Shown one piece after another: positions 63,895 through 64,000 of a stretch of 64,000 nucleotides of DNA. The stretch is from contig CM059453.1 of NCBI GenBank assembly GCA_030390025.1, positions 7,812,001 through 7,876,000 on the forward strand, read 5' to 3'. Position 1 is the first letter of the stretch; every line of letters begins with the position of its first letter. The DNA comes from Squalus acanthias. Lineage: Eukaryota. Under the pieces are notes generated by a model, which ran no database searches, had not been told where the DNA came from, and saw only the letters and a list, made by a program, of their open reading frames with translations. The translations under genes were made by a program, and so were the position numbers.

Positions 63895-64000
63895 AGACTT
63901 GATTTTATATAGCGCTTTTCACTACCTCAGCACGTCTCAAAGCGCTTTACAGCCAATGAAGTTCTTTTGAAGTGTAGTCACTGTTGTACTGTAGGAAACG
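63895..64000 (-). mobile_element. SacSINE1-like 3' tail (runs off the window)
   Basis: Reverse complement of tgtaaagcgctttgagacgt..gcgctatataaa. Confidence 0.65.

Overview
Vertebrate genomic DNA, very likely a shark or other elasmobranch (HE1-type V-SINE, SacSINE1-like DeuSINEs, dense CR1 LINE fragments). The window holds a tandem cluster of Siglec/MAG/CD22-like Ig receptor genes on the + strand. (i) 74-241 is the last exon of an upstream gene with an ITIM and an ITSM-like motif. (ii) ~1200-14140 is a dead 5' gene relic followed by a degraded endogenous retrovirus with a tRNA-Arg primer site, duplicated in tandem (~5.9 kb period). (iii) Gene A (17570-23303) has lost its V-set, D2 and D3 exons by deletion. 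(iv) Gene B (32494-42973) has a Siglec V-set with the essential Arg, a dead D2 exon, an Arg-containing TM segment and a short tail without a canonical ITIM. (v) Gene C (52370 to beyond 62733) has an almost identical V-set, an inverted D2 and an uncharged TM. This fits paired activating/inhibitory Siglec-like receptors with a homogenised 5' part; the A/B TM resembles FcR-gamma-coupled LRC receptors. Each ~20-kb unit also carries a degenerate antisense Ig-superfamily relic. Exon boundaries were read by hand, identities are by-eye estimates, and expression and function are untested; some or all copies may be pseudogenes.
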